Of a DNA stretch of 64,000 nucleotides, positions 48,851 to 58,570 are shown piece after piece. Position 1 is the first letter of the stretch, and each line of letters begins with the position of its first letter. The notes under the pieces were generated by a model, which was not told the origin of the DNA, did no database searches, and saw only the letters and a list, made by a program, of their open reading frames with translations. Source of the DNA: an uncultured bacterium (GTDB lineage: Bacteria; Babelota; Babeliae; Babelales; Vermiphilaceae); the NCBI GenBank assembly GCA_963713925.1, contig OY970212.1:832001-896000 (forward strand). Reading direction: 5' to 3'. The translations under genes were made by a program, and so were the position numbers.

Positions 48851-49060
48851 ACCCAATCTACGCTTACGCTTCGATTGGGGCCCGTTCGTGGTGAGCGAAA
48901 CTTCGGGCCCCGTGCTTTTGCATGGGTAAAAACGTTAGCGTAGTCGAATCCATACGAACGTTCATGCAACAGAATAAGAACAAATTTTTGATCAAAGCAA
49001 TTTTTTCCGTTCGATATGGATTCGACTACGCCGTAAATACGGCTACGCTCACCACGAACG
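48851..49060. repeat. Nested palindromic repeat cluster
   Basis: CGTTCGTGGTGAGCG element (48882-48960) with a GGGCCCC..GGGTAAAA hairpin inserted at 48905-48931; inverted partner at 49008-49060. Confidence 0.85.
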
Positions 49061-49317
49061 TGTAAATTGCTCATTGCAGTGCTAAACACGAAACTACTAT
49101 CATTTTTCATATTATCAAAACTCAATTGGCCTTAAATCAGGCTATAGGAAGCAAAAAAGCCTGTCAAATATGCTTTTTTAGCCTGTAAATTGACAAATTG
49201 AAAAGATTTGATATGCTATAAATAGTAGGAAAAACAGGTTAAAAATGGCCTGCCCGCCGTAGTTTAATTCTCCCTGAGGATTGGCTACGGAGTAAGAACG
49301 GAGGCTGGGAGATTTTT

Positions 49318-49872
49318 ATGAAAAATTTAATTATTCTCGCGCTTTGCGCATTTACAGCATCTCAGATCAAAGCTATGAACTTCAAAGAAGAATACCTCAA
49401 TTTCAAAGGGGAATCCTTCCGCTTTACACCTTGTGGTTCACATTGTCCAAAAACAACCGGAAACCCTTTTATGTGGCTTGGAGAAGAGGGATGGGACCAA
49501 ATAGTTGTCAATAATAAAGATAATACAAGAATTGCCGAAATCTCTTTTGGCTCTCCTAATGGCCCCCATAAATGTCATTTAGGACTTCTCAATACACTTT
49601 CCACCTATAGAAACCGTGGAATCGGCAAAGAACTTTTCAATCGAGCGATTGAACGAATGATCAATGATGGATGTCGAACCATTGAATGGAGCTCTCTTCC
49701 GGACGCTATTCCCTTTTATAAAAAAATTGGAATTCCCGATACTGCTTTTACCAATGGTATTGACCCGGAAAGACATGGAGCTTACATCAGGTATCAAGTA
49801 CCCTTTGAACGTCTCAAAAATCCAACGTGGTCTGAAAAAATGAAACACAAATTTCACGAACGTTTCAAATGA
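49318..49872 (+). CDS. Signal-peptide GNAT acetyltransferase, copy 1
   Basis: YRNRGIGKEL and AIPFYKKIG motifs. Confidence 0.85.
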   Translation: MKNLIILALCAFTASQIKAMNFKEEYLNFKGESFRFTPCGSHCPKTTGNPFMWLGEEGWDQIVVNNKDNTRIAEISFGSPNGPHKCHLGLLNTLSTYRNRGIGKELFNRAIERMINDGCRTIEWSSLPDAIPFYKKIGIPDTAFTNGIDPERHGAYIRYQVPFERLKNPTWSEKMKHKFHERFK

Positions 49873-49894
49873 TCAAATAGGCTTGGAGATTCTT

Positions 49895-50464
49895 ATGAAA
49901 AATTCAATCATTCTCGCGCTTTGCGCATTTACAGCATCGCAGATCAATGCTGGGAACTTCAAAGAAGAGTTTTTCAATTTCAAAGGAGAATCCTTTCGCT
50001 TTACATCTTGTGGTTATGGTAAAGATTGTCCAGGAGAAAATTTAGCATTTATGGCAAAAGGGAAAGAATGGGATCAAATAGTTGTCAACAATAAAGATGG
50101 CAAAAGAGTCGCTGAAGCCTCCTTTAGCGCTTACTATGATAAAAATAAATGCAAATTAGAATGGCTTACCGTACTCGACACTTATAGAAACCGTGGAATT
50201 GCCAAGGAACTTTTCAATCGCGCAATTGAACACATGATCAATCAAGGATGTCGAACCATTGAATGGGAATCGCTCCAGTCTGCTGTTCCTTTTTATAAAA
50301 AAATGGAAATCCCTGACAATGCTTTTAGTGGCGTTGACCCGACGAAAACTAATCTTAGACCTTATCATGGGGGCAACTGTTGTGCTTCCATCAAGTATCA
50401 AGTTCCTTTTGAACGGCTCAAAAATCGGACATGGTCTGAGTGGATGAAACACAAATTTCACTAA
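49895..50464 (+). CDS. Signal-peptide GNAT acetyltransferase, copy 2
   Basis: YRNRGIAKEL and AVPFYKK; tandem paralog of copy 1. Confidence 0.85.
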   Translation: MKNSIILALCAFTASQINAGNFKEEFFNFKGESFRFTSCGYGKDCPGENLAFMAKGKEWDQIVVNNKDGKRVAEASFSAYYDKNKCKLEWLTVLDTYRNRGIAKELFNRAIEHMINQGCRTIEWESLQSAVPFYKKMEIPDNAFSGVDPTKTNLRPYHGGNCCASIKYQVPFERLKNRTWSEWMKHKFH

Positions 50465-52062
50465 CGCTTTAAATGATCAAATCCATGAGCACAATACTCA
50501 GCATAACTCCCGTCGAAACTGAATAAGCCGGTTGGGCTGAGTGAAATGATGCGTGTCGCGATCTGCGAGACAAAATGGCGATCGTGGCTGACAAAGATTA
50601 AGGTTCCCGGATATTCTTGCAATGCACGCGCAAGCTCGGCGCGAGATTCGATATCAAGATGGTTGGTCGGTTCGTCTAAAATTAATACGTTTGGTTTTAA
50701 CAACATCAACTGTGCCAAGAGCAGGCGAGAAACTTCGCCACCACTCAACACATTTACGAGCTTTTCAACTGCTTCAGCGCTAAAAAGCGCTGCGCCGAGT
50801 GCACCACGAATCGTTTGAATATTACTTATATTGGTATGCGCAACAAGCCAATCATATAAACTTGTTGTCTCATGTTTCATATGGCTGTGTTCTTGAGCAA
50901 AATATCCCGTATGTGTTTCATATCCCCACGCATACGTGCCTTTATCGGCAGCAATGCGGCCCATAATTATATTGAGCAACGTCGATTTACCGATACCGTT
51001 CACGCCAATAATCGCAACCTTTTCCCCTCGATTTATTGAAAAACTCACATTGTGCAAAACTTTGCGATCTTCAAACGACTTGCAGATATTTTTCACCGTC
51101 AATACCTGTTGCCCGGATGGGCGCGCAATTTGAAATTGTAAATGCGGGGTTGCACGTGATGATTTTTCAACTTCGGGAAGCTCAATCTTTTCAATCATTT
51201 TTTCGCGTGAAAGCGCTTGTCGCGATCGCGTGGCGCTTGCACGGAATCGCTCAACAAAGGCGCGCATCTGCGCAATTTTCTTTTCTTTGTAGGTCAACTC
51301 ATGCAATTTTTGCTCTTCGACCAACTTTTTCTGTTTCAAAAATTGATCATAATTACCTTTATATTCTCGAATTTCTCCATAATCGATATCAAGAATGTCG
51401 GTTGCAACACTGTTGAGAAATTCCTGATCGTGCGAAGTGAACAGCAGTAATCCCTTGTATGTTTCTTTTAAATACCGTTCAAGCCAATTGATGGTTTGCA
51501 TATCAAGATAGTTGTTTGGTTCGTCGAGAATCAAAATATCAGGATTATTGAATAGCGCTTGCGCTAACAACACCCGCAGTTTATATCCGCCCGAAAGCGT
51601 GCCCAATGGCTCAATCTGTTTTTCAATATCGATGCCAAGTCCGGTAAGCAAAAGCTCCGCGCGTGTTTCTGCAGTATACCCATCATGCGTGGCAATATAA
51701 TCTTCATACTCGGCCAACAAATATCCCGATTGCTCATCTAATTCTGATCGTTTAAGCAACTCATTTCTTCCACTCAAAGCGTGCCACAATTGCGCATCTC
51801 CGCGCATGACTACATGCAGCACAAGCTCATCAAGATAGCGAAACTGATCTTGCTGCATAGTCCCCACCGTTGCATCACTCGCAAACGTGATCATGCCGTC
51901 GCTTGGCTCAAGTTCTCCGGTGAGCATTTTAAAAAAGGTCGTTTTACCGGCCCCATTTGCCCCGACAAGACCATACCGACGTTCACCCGCAAGCACAAGG
52001 TCAACATCAGAGAATAAGAGTTTGTTACCAAACGTTTTGGAAACGTGTGAGATGATTATCAT
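50461..52062 (-). CDS. ABC-F family ATPase
   Basis: Two ABC domains (GANGAGKTT, LSGG, LDEPNN; GVNGIGKST, LSGGE, LDEPTN), no TM segments. Confidence 0.92.
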   Translation of the reverse strand: MIIISHVSKTFGNKLLFSDVDLVLAGERRYGLVGANGAGKTTFFKMLTGELEPSDGMITFASDATVGTMQQDQFRYLDELVLHVVMRGDAQLWHALSGRNELLKRSELDEQSGYLLAEYEDYIATHDGYTAETRAELLLTGLGIDIEKQIEPLGTLSGGYKLRVLLAQALFNNPDILILDEPNNYLDMQTINWLERYLKETYKGLLLFTSHDQEFLNSVATDILDIDYGEIREYKGNYDQFLKQKKLVEEQKLHELTYKEKKIAQMRAFVERFRASATRSRQALSREKMIEKIELPEVEKSSRATPHLQFQIARPSGQQVLTVKNICKSFEDRKVLHNVSFSINRGEKVAIIGVNGIGKSTLLNIIMGRIAADKGTYAWGYETHTGYFAQEHSHMKHETTSLYDWLVAHTNISNIQTIRGALGAALFSAEAVEKLVNVLSGGEVSRLLLAQLMLLKPNVLILDEPTNHLDIESRAELARALQEYPGTLIFVSHDRHFVSQIATRIISLSPTGLFSFDGSYAEYCAHGFDHLKR

Positions 52063-52106
52063 GTACAAATGCCCAAACAAGAGACCATATTGTACTCAAG
52101 TATGGA

Positions 52107-53021
52107 CTAAACGGTTATCTTTTCAACCATATCTGTATCGATACATGTTACAAATAATTGATTCTCTGATGCTAAATATATATCCGCAATGCGAGAAAAA
52201 AAAAGTTTTAATGATATGTCAAACGGTACTGCATGCCCCGAAGATTCATGTGTTCCATCGGCCCCCACCTTCATTGTCAATCCCGTTGGATGAAACAGAC
52301 CAATATCACTCTGATTCATATGTGTAACCGTCCAGCCATTTTTGCTTGTAGTATATACTGAGACGAGTTGTGATATATTAATACTCTTTTGATGTTGGTA
52401 ACCGACCGGAGAAAAAGATCCTTTATGTAAATAACCATTTCGATCAATGGCTACAATTGAATCATTATGAGTACTAAAAAAACGTATGTGGGAAGGATAT
52501 GTATATTGCTCTTTAAATTTTCCGGTATTTATATCAATAATACCCAGAGAACTTCGTCCCTGATCTTCATGTATGGAGTTAAGAATTCCCGCAAGGAGTG
52601 TATAATGAGGAACCATAGGCACTGGACACACAATCCCCATTTTATCGATAACAATATCTTTCAAATAATGTGATTTTTGTTGATGCAGCGAAAACAACCA
52701 TGATCCTTCTGAATTAATAGAACTGATGGCACCCATTCCGGCAAGCAATGCTGACACCAAATTCCCTTTTAAACAAAAGTCTCTTTGTGGAACCGTTTGA
52801 ATGGTGGAATCTGACTTTTCAATAATACAGCTTTTATTCCAGTTATCGAAATAAACAACATGTTTCTTGTCTTCGGAAATCAATCCATCATTATATCGAG
52901 CCAATATGTATCCGGTATCATCTATTTTGGATACACCATTGGAAGTTTTCATAAAAAAACATCGATCTTGATGTGCTGCCGATATTGTAAGACATAGAGA
53001 TACTACTACGATTTTATACAT
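52107..53021 (-). CDS. Hypothetical secreted beta-rich protein
   Basis: Start moved to ATG 53021 (GGGGAG RBS, signal peptide MYKIVVVSLCLTISA). Confidence 0.6.
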   Translation of the reverse strand: MYKIVVVSLCLTISAAHQDRCFFMKTSNGVSKIDDTGYILARYNDGLISEDKKHVVYFDNWNKSCIIEKSDSTIQTVPQRDFCLKGNLVSALLAGMGAISSINSEGSWLFSLHQQKSHYLKDIVIDKMGIVCPVPMVPHYTLLAGILNSIHEDQGRSSLGIIDINTGKFKEQYTYPSHIRFFSTHNDSIVAIDRNGYLHKGSFSPVGYQHQKSINISQLVSVYTTSKNGWTVTHMNQSDIGLFHPTGLTMKVGADGTHESSGHAVPFDISLKLFFSRIADIYLASENQLFVTCIDTDMVEKITV

Positions 53022-53187
53022 TATTCTCCCCCTTCTTAGTTCCCCTATGCCACTGAGAATGCCATATAATGATATATATTCGCAATTGAATTTTAATATC
53101 TTCGATTCCCTGCTAGTACAGCCCCAAAAACAAAGCGGTGTGTTTTTTGAACACACCGCTTTTAAATTTATCGCAATAGACGGTAAA

Positions 53188-53889
53188 CTATTTTCTAAAT
53201 TCTCCATCCCACGCAATTTCTTCGATTGATTTGCGAGCGCCCTCTTTTTGTTTTGCATTACGATCGCGCATCTCTTCAGGTAATTGCTCTTCAGAACCAG
53301 GACGACCGATTGCAGCCATCGCTTGCACAGTCCAGCGCTCAGGAATTTCAAATGCCGCGCGCGCTTTTTCAAAATCAAATCCCGCCATACCATGGGCAAT
53401 CAAGCCAAGATCTGCCGCTTGCAGCGCCATGCTTTGCCATGCCGCACCGGTGTCAAAGCTATGCGTACGATTTGGCTGTTCATTCCATGGAGTCGATGAA
53501 TCAGAGACAATAAGCACCAAATAGTCAGCATTTTGTGCCCATTGTTTATTAAAGTCGACCATCAAATCAAACAGTTTGTCAAAAGCAGCAGTCCCCTTTT
53601 TGCCATAAATGAAGCGCCATGGTTGCATGTTATATGACGACGGAGCCCAACGAGCTGCTTCTAAAACAGAATCAAATTCTTCCTTGCTCACTTCACCAGA
53701 TAATGCATATCCGGAATAGCGTTTTAAGAAAAGCCGATTAATTTTATGATCCGCTTTTCTTGTCATTCTCTTTCCTCTTGATGTCTCACAACTCTGACCA
53801 CAACAATCATTTTTGGCAAACAATCGGCTGCATGAATAGGCAAGCAAAGCTCCAAAAAATACAGCGCTGAATATTCTTATAGTACGCAT
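53188..53889 (-). CDS. Nitroreductase family protein with signal-like N-terminal extension
   Basis: EAARWAPSSYNMQPWRF, FDTGAAW, HGMAGFD. Confidence 0.9.
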   Translation of the reverse strand: MRTIRIFSAVFFGALLAYSCSRLFAKNDCCGQSCETSRGKRMTRKADHKINRLFLKRYSGYALSGEVSKEEFDSVLEAARWAPSSYNMQPWRFIYGKKGTAAFDKLFDLMVDFNKQWAQNADYLVLIVSDSSTPWNEQPNRTHSFDTGAAWQSMALQAADLGLIAHGMAGFDFEKARAAFEIPERWTVQAMAAIGRPGSEEQLPEEMRDRNAKQKEGARKSIEEIAWDGEFRK

Positions 53890-53936
53890 ACAAATCCTTT
53901 ATTATAAAAAAATTAAACTTCATTTTCTCATATTTA

Positions 53937-54174
53937 GAGCTTATCCGAAAATACCAGAAGTTCCTTATTGTTACGTCATCCTGAATTTATTTCAGGATCT
54001 ACTTAACCTGGATCCAGCCTTTTACCCAAATTCAGCATACGCTTCATTTGGGACCCAAGCTACGGCCGTGTGCGGCGTAGCCTTTGGCGAAGACGTACGG
54101 ACAAGTTGCTGAAACAAGTTCAGCATGACAACCAACCCTTTTAAGTTAGAAAAGCTTAATTTTCATATAAGCTC
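53937..54174. mobile_element. MITE copy 2 (~238 bp)
   Basis: TIRs GAGCTTATCCGAAAA / TTTTCATATAAGCTC flanked by TTA; the right TTA is the gyrA stop codon. Confidence 0.8.
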
Positions 54175-56817
54175 TTAAAAGTAGATTACATCATCTTCAT
54201 CTGCAACATCATCTTGTGTTCCGCGTTCTTGCACGGCGCCTTCTTGATAGAGATCAAAATCATCTCCGGCAAATTGTAAGGCTCCTGCATCACCGGCCTC
54301 ATCAAATTTTCGCTTTTGTCCGTCTGGTGCAACATTTGATGAACTTGAAGAGATTTCATTTTCAGCTTCTTCCCCTTCAAACCCAACAACTGATGCCAAG
54401 CGTTGCTCTTCGTCAAGACGAATAAGGCGAACCCCTTTTGCCTGGCGTCCAAGCGTTCTGATTTCTTCAGAAGCCAGTCGAATGATCTTACCAACTTGGT
54501 CAATGAGCAAGATGTCCGATGTGTCGGTAACGATCGAAAGTCCGATTACTTTGCCATTTCGCTTATCGGTCGGAATCGTGCGAACACCCTGACCGCTTCT
54601 ATGCGCGATTCTGAAATCAGCAACGCTCACACGTTTACCGTATCCATTTTCCGTCGCAAACAAGATATCACCGTGTTCATTGAGTATTTCCATACCAACA
54701 ACGTGATCACCCTTTTTGAGTCTGATTCCGATCACGCCGGCTGCCTGACGACCCATTGAACGCACCTCATCTTCTTTGAAGCGAATGCCCATACCATGGG
54801 AGGTTGCGATCAATATGGTATTGGTTCCATTGCTGATGCGGCAGAAGACAAGCTCATCACCCTCGTGCAACGTAATTGCGCGAATACCAGTCGAACGAAT
54901 TTTTGCAAATTCCATTGCATCGGTACGCTTGATCGTTCCTTGCTTGGTCACCATCACAGCAAATTTGCCTTCCATGCCGCGGGTGCACAACAGACGAACA
55001 ACATGTTCACCCGGAGTTAATGGCAGCAAGTTGACAATTGCACGGCCTTTTGAGGTACGCGATCCTTCAGGAACTTCAAAGACCTGCATGCTATAGACGC
55101 GGCCCAAATTGGTAAAGAAGAGCAGCTCATCATGATTTTTGGCCACAAACAAATCTTGAATAATATCGTCTGACTCATCCAAGTTTGCTGTCCCCATCTT
55201 ACCTTTTCCACCTCGATGCTGCACACCATACGTTCCAAGCTCAACTCGCTTGATATAACCTTTGCGCGTGAGCGTCACGACAACTTCTTCATCAGGAATC
55301 AAATCAGCTTCCGTTAAGATATCAACGGCACCTTCAATTTTTGATCTCCGCTTGTCGCCATATTCTTCTTTTGATGCGATAAGCTCTTTTATAATCTCAT
55401 TTCTCAAAATTTCAGGATTTTCAATAATCAATCGCAATGACACAATTTCTTTTTTGAGCTCCTCAAGATCTGCATAGATTTTTTCTTGCTCCATGCTCGT
55501 GAGCCGTTGTAAACGCATATCAAGAATTGCTTTGCCTTGTTCGGGAGTCAAAAGGAATCGCTTGTTTAGGTTTACAATCGCATCATCGGTGTCGGTCGAT
55601 TTTTTGAGCAACGCGATCACTTCATCGATATTTTTAAGAGCAATGATAAAACCGGCCAAAATATGCTCGCGCGCCTCAGCCTTTTTCAAATCAAACACCG
55701 AGCGCTTGTAAATAACTTCACGACGATGATACAAGAATTGATCAAGCATCTCACGCAGAGAGAAAACAATCGGACGATTATCCAACAATCCGAGCATTAA
55801 CAATGAGACGGATGTTTGCAATGTGGTATTTTTATACAATTGATTGAGCACGACTTGCGGCATTTCTCCACGCTTAAGCTCAATCACCAAGCGCATCCCT
55901 TTTTTATCAGATTCATCGCGAATATTGGAAATGCCATCGACAACTTTATTGCGCACTAATTCAGCGATTTTTATGGTGAGTTCGGCTTTGTTGACCATAT
56001 ACGGTAACTCGGTCACAACCAAGCTCGATGCACCTTTTTTATTATTTTCTTCAACCTCAACCACGGCGCGTAAAATTAATTTGCCACGGCCCGTTTTGTA
56101 TGCTTTGACAATACCGCCACGACCGCAAATAATCCCTCCGGTTGGGAAATCGGGAGCAGGGATAAGTTCAAAAAGCTCTTCTTCGGAAATGGTTGGATTT
56201 TTCAAAATTGCCAAACAACCTTCAATAACTTCTGTTAAGTTGTGCGGCGGAATTGAGGTTGCCATACCAACAGCAATACCGGTGGTGCCATTGATTAAAA
56301 GATGGGGCAATCGACTTGGCAATATGACTGGCTCAACAGTAGATTCATCAAAATTTGGAACAAATTGCACTGTTTCTTTATCAAGGTCAGCAAGTAGTTC
56401 TTGCGCAATCTTTGCCATGCGCACTTCGGTGTAACGCATAGCCGCAGCGCTATCTCCATCAACCGATCCCCAGTTACCTTGTCCATCAAGCAATGGATAG
56501 CGCTTTGCAAAATTCTGCACCATGCCGACCATTGTTTGATACACTGCTTGGTCGCCATGCGGGTGATATTTACCAAGCACGTCACCAACCACGCGCACCG
56601 ATTTGTAGTACGGCTTATTGTAGACAAAGCCCTGCTGATACATCGCGTACAACACGCGACGATGCACTGGTTTTAAACCGTCTCGCACATCCGGAATTGC
56701 ACGGCTGACAACAACAGACATCGCATAATCAAGAAACGACGTTTTTAACTCATCTTCAATTAATACCGGTTTTACTAAAGACTTCGGCACCAAGTCTTGA
56801 TTTTGTGACGATTCCAT
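54175..56817 (-). CDS. gyrA: DNA gyrase subunit A
   Basis: DGLKPVHRR, HPHGD, AAMRYTE, GyrA-box QHRGGKG, acidic tail. Confidence 0.97.
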   Translation of the reverse strand: MESSQNQDLVPKSLVKPVLIEDELKTSFLDYAMSVVVSRAIPDVRDGLKPVHRRVLYAMYQQGFVYNKPYYKSVRVVGDVLGKYHPHGDQAVYQTMVGMVQNFAKRYPLLDGQGNWGSVDGDSAAAMRYTEVRMAKIAQELLADLDKETVQFVPNFDESTVEPVILPSRLPHLLINGTTGIAVGMATSIPPHNLTEVIEGCLAILKNPTISEEELFELIPAPDFPTGGIICGRGGIVKAYKTGRGKLILRAVVEVEENNKKGASSLVVTELPYMVNKAELTIKIAELVRNKVVDGISNIRDESDKKGMRLVIELKRGEMPQVVLNQLYKNTTLQTSVSLLMLGLLDNRPIVFSLREMLDQFLYHRREVIYKRSVFDLKKAEAREHILAGFIIALKNIDEVIALLKKSTDTDDAIVNLNKRFLLTPEQGKAILDMRLQRLTSMEQEKIYADLEELKKEIVSLRLIIENPEILRNEIIKELIASKEEYGDKRRSKIEGAVDILTEADLIPDEEVVVTLTRKGYIKRVELGTYGVQHRGGKGKMGTANLDESDDIIQDLFVAKNHDELLFFTNLGRVYSMQVFEVPEGSRTSKGRAIVNLLPLTPGEHVVRLLCTRGMEGKFAVMVTKQGTIKRTDAMEFAKIRSTGIRAITLHEGDELVFCRISNGTNTILIATSHGMGIRFKEDEVRSMGRQAAGVIGIRLKKGDHVVGMEILNEHGDILFATENGYGKRVSVADFRIAHRSGQGVRTIPTDKRNGKVIGLSIVTDTSDILLIDQVGKIIRLASEEIRTLGRQAKGVRLIRLDEEQRLASVVGFEGEEAENEISSSSSNVAPDGQKRKFDEAGDAGALQFAGDDFDLYQEGAVQERGTQDDVADEDDVIYF

Positions 56818-57056
56818 GAAATTCACCTTTTATTGTATACCCAACGTGGACCACATAAAATATCGGGTCCCAAGTGGAGCAGCGCGCAACTTGGGTTAAA
56901 ACTTTTTCTATAGGATACCGCAGGGAAGAGTTTTAGACAAGGAAGCAAGATTGTGCTTACTTATTATGTTTTTTGTTAAAATAATGATAGTTGCGTTTTA
57001 CTACCCGGATAATAAAGAGGCTCTCTGCATTCGATTGTAGAGAGCCTTGTGTCAAA

Positions 57057-58427
57057 TTATTGTTTTTGTGGCGTTAATTTATCGATTGCTTCTCTGAACG
57101 CTTTATCAAAGCCATCTTTATAGCGCTCGTATGGGTGTTCTTTAAATTGATAGTATTCTTTGAACTTATTTTGAAGATCTTCCAGAATAAATTTCTGTCT
57201 ATTCATTGGGAATGGGGGAATGAATCCATCAAGAAAGCTTGACAGAGTGATATATGCCCAGTGTTGTTTATCCATAGTATTGTAAATTGTTTCAGGGACA
57301 ACTTTATCACCAAACGAAATATAAAACATATAAGGAATTTCCCAATCCTGGGGTCTCTCTTTATTAAATTCAATTCTCTCATTATCGATCAGAGTAACTT
57401 TGTTGTTCGCCGGATTGAAAAAAATATTTTTCTGATGCAAATCACCATGCAGGATTGTTCTGCCAAGTCCTTCTTGAGGAGAAGATTTTTCCATGAACTC
57501 TCTGTAAAACATCCCCATTGTTTTACCAATTTGGTAATACGCTTGTTTGACTCGTGCCTCATTTTCTTTTGACGGATTTTTGCTATAGTCTTCCATGAAT
57601 TTAACCAAAGCTTCTCCCTGGGCGCGCTTCATAAAAGACAAGACATGGATATCGTCATTATAATCGTATTGTAGATAGGCAAAAGGGAATATGAATTCAG
57701 GAAATCCAGGCTTCCCTTTAATCTTTTCTAGTGCTGGATTTTGAGAATATGTCGTCAATCGTATTGCTTCATCTTCGCCCACACGCATGTCTTTTACTAT
57801 AAAATCGGCGCCACCTGCACACTTGGACTGCACTAAAAAAAGCTGCTCAGTCGTGAGTCCTTTTTCTCCAATGATATTTTTAGCACTTAAGCAACTCATG
57901 TCTGCAAATGCTGGATCCTTAAGAAAGCCTTCTGCGTATGCCCGTTTTATCAATTCTTTTAATCCATTTTCATTCATATGGCCATTGGCATCAAAGGTGA
58001 TACCAACAACATCGGTGGGGTCTATAAGAAGTGAGTGTTGATACAAGTTGATAATTGCTTTTTTTAAACGTTCTTCGTGATGAGGTTGCTTAAGCTCATC
58101 TTCTGAAACTTTCAGAAGTTCGTGAATTGATTTACTATCACAATCTCCCCGATTGGTGAGTTTTTCAAGAAGTTCTGTTGCTGTCTCTTTATTTTGAATA
58201 ATGCCCCAGGCATGTCTGATGAGATTGCATTTGCATCTGTTTCCAAGCTTTGAAGCCCATTCATGAATAGTACAGGTTTCAGTTATGTTAACGCTTCTGA
58301 TTTTCCCATCAAAAATAGCAACGATCGGAGTCTCGTCTTTACTTTTTGCAGTCAGAAAACCATCATATATTAATGTAGCCGCAATAACAGCAAAGAAAGA
58401 AAATCCTACTATAAAGTGTTTTTTCAT
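57057..58427 (-). CDS. Secreted kinase-fold (APH/choline-kinase-like) protein
   Basis: Signal/anchor peptide; FIVK, HGDLHQKN and LIDNE motifs. Confidence 0.7.
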   Translation of the reverse strand: MKKHFIVGFSFFAVIAATLIYDGFLTAKSKDETPIVAIFDGKIRSVNITETCTIHEWASKLGNRCKCNLIRHAWGIIQNKETATELLEKLTNRGDCDSKSIHELLKVSEDELKQPHHEERLKKAIINLYQHSLLIDPTDVVGITFDANGHMNENGLKELIKRAYAEGFLKDPAFADMSCLSAKNIIGEKGLTTEQLFLVQSKCAGGADFIVKDMRVGEDEAIRLTTYSQNPALEKIKGKPGFPEFIFPFAYLQYDYNDDIHVLSFMKRAQGEALVKFMEDYSKNPSKENEARVKQAYYQIGKTMGMFYREFMEKSSPQEGLGRTILHGDLHQKNIFFNPANNKVTLIDNERIEFNKERPQDWEIPYMFYISFGDKVVPETIYNTMDKQHWAYITLSSFLDGFIPPFPMNRQKFILEDLQNKFKEYYQFKEHPYERYKDGFDKAFREAIDKLTPQKQ

Positions 58428-58570
58428 AATGATCCTTTTTTGTTTTATTCCAATTTCATTGCGCCAAAGTTGTAAACTTTACCCTCTGGATAATCAATTT
58501 ACAAATAACACGCATTACCCTACACTTAATAGAATAAAAATACATTTCCTCAATTAAATGCAAGAATCAT

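Noticed and set aside
48847..49125. Short ORFs over repeat clusters (also 4984-5223, 14813-14998, 17774-18109, 33679-33908, 40430-40794)
   Set aside because: They are translations of palindromic repeats without RBS or protein-like features.
53022..53399. N-terminal 126 aa of the ORF-track 52107..53399 protein
   Set aside because: Overlaps the nitroreductase in another frame; a better RBS and signal peptide start at 53021.
55844..56434. Long antisense ORFs inside gyrA, dprA, ftsK, ABC-F and the barrel genes
   Set aside because: Shadow frames of well-supported genes.
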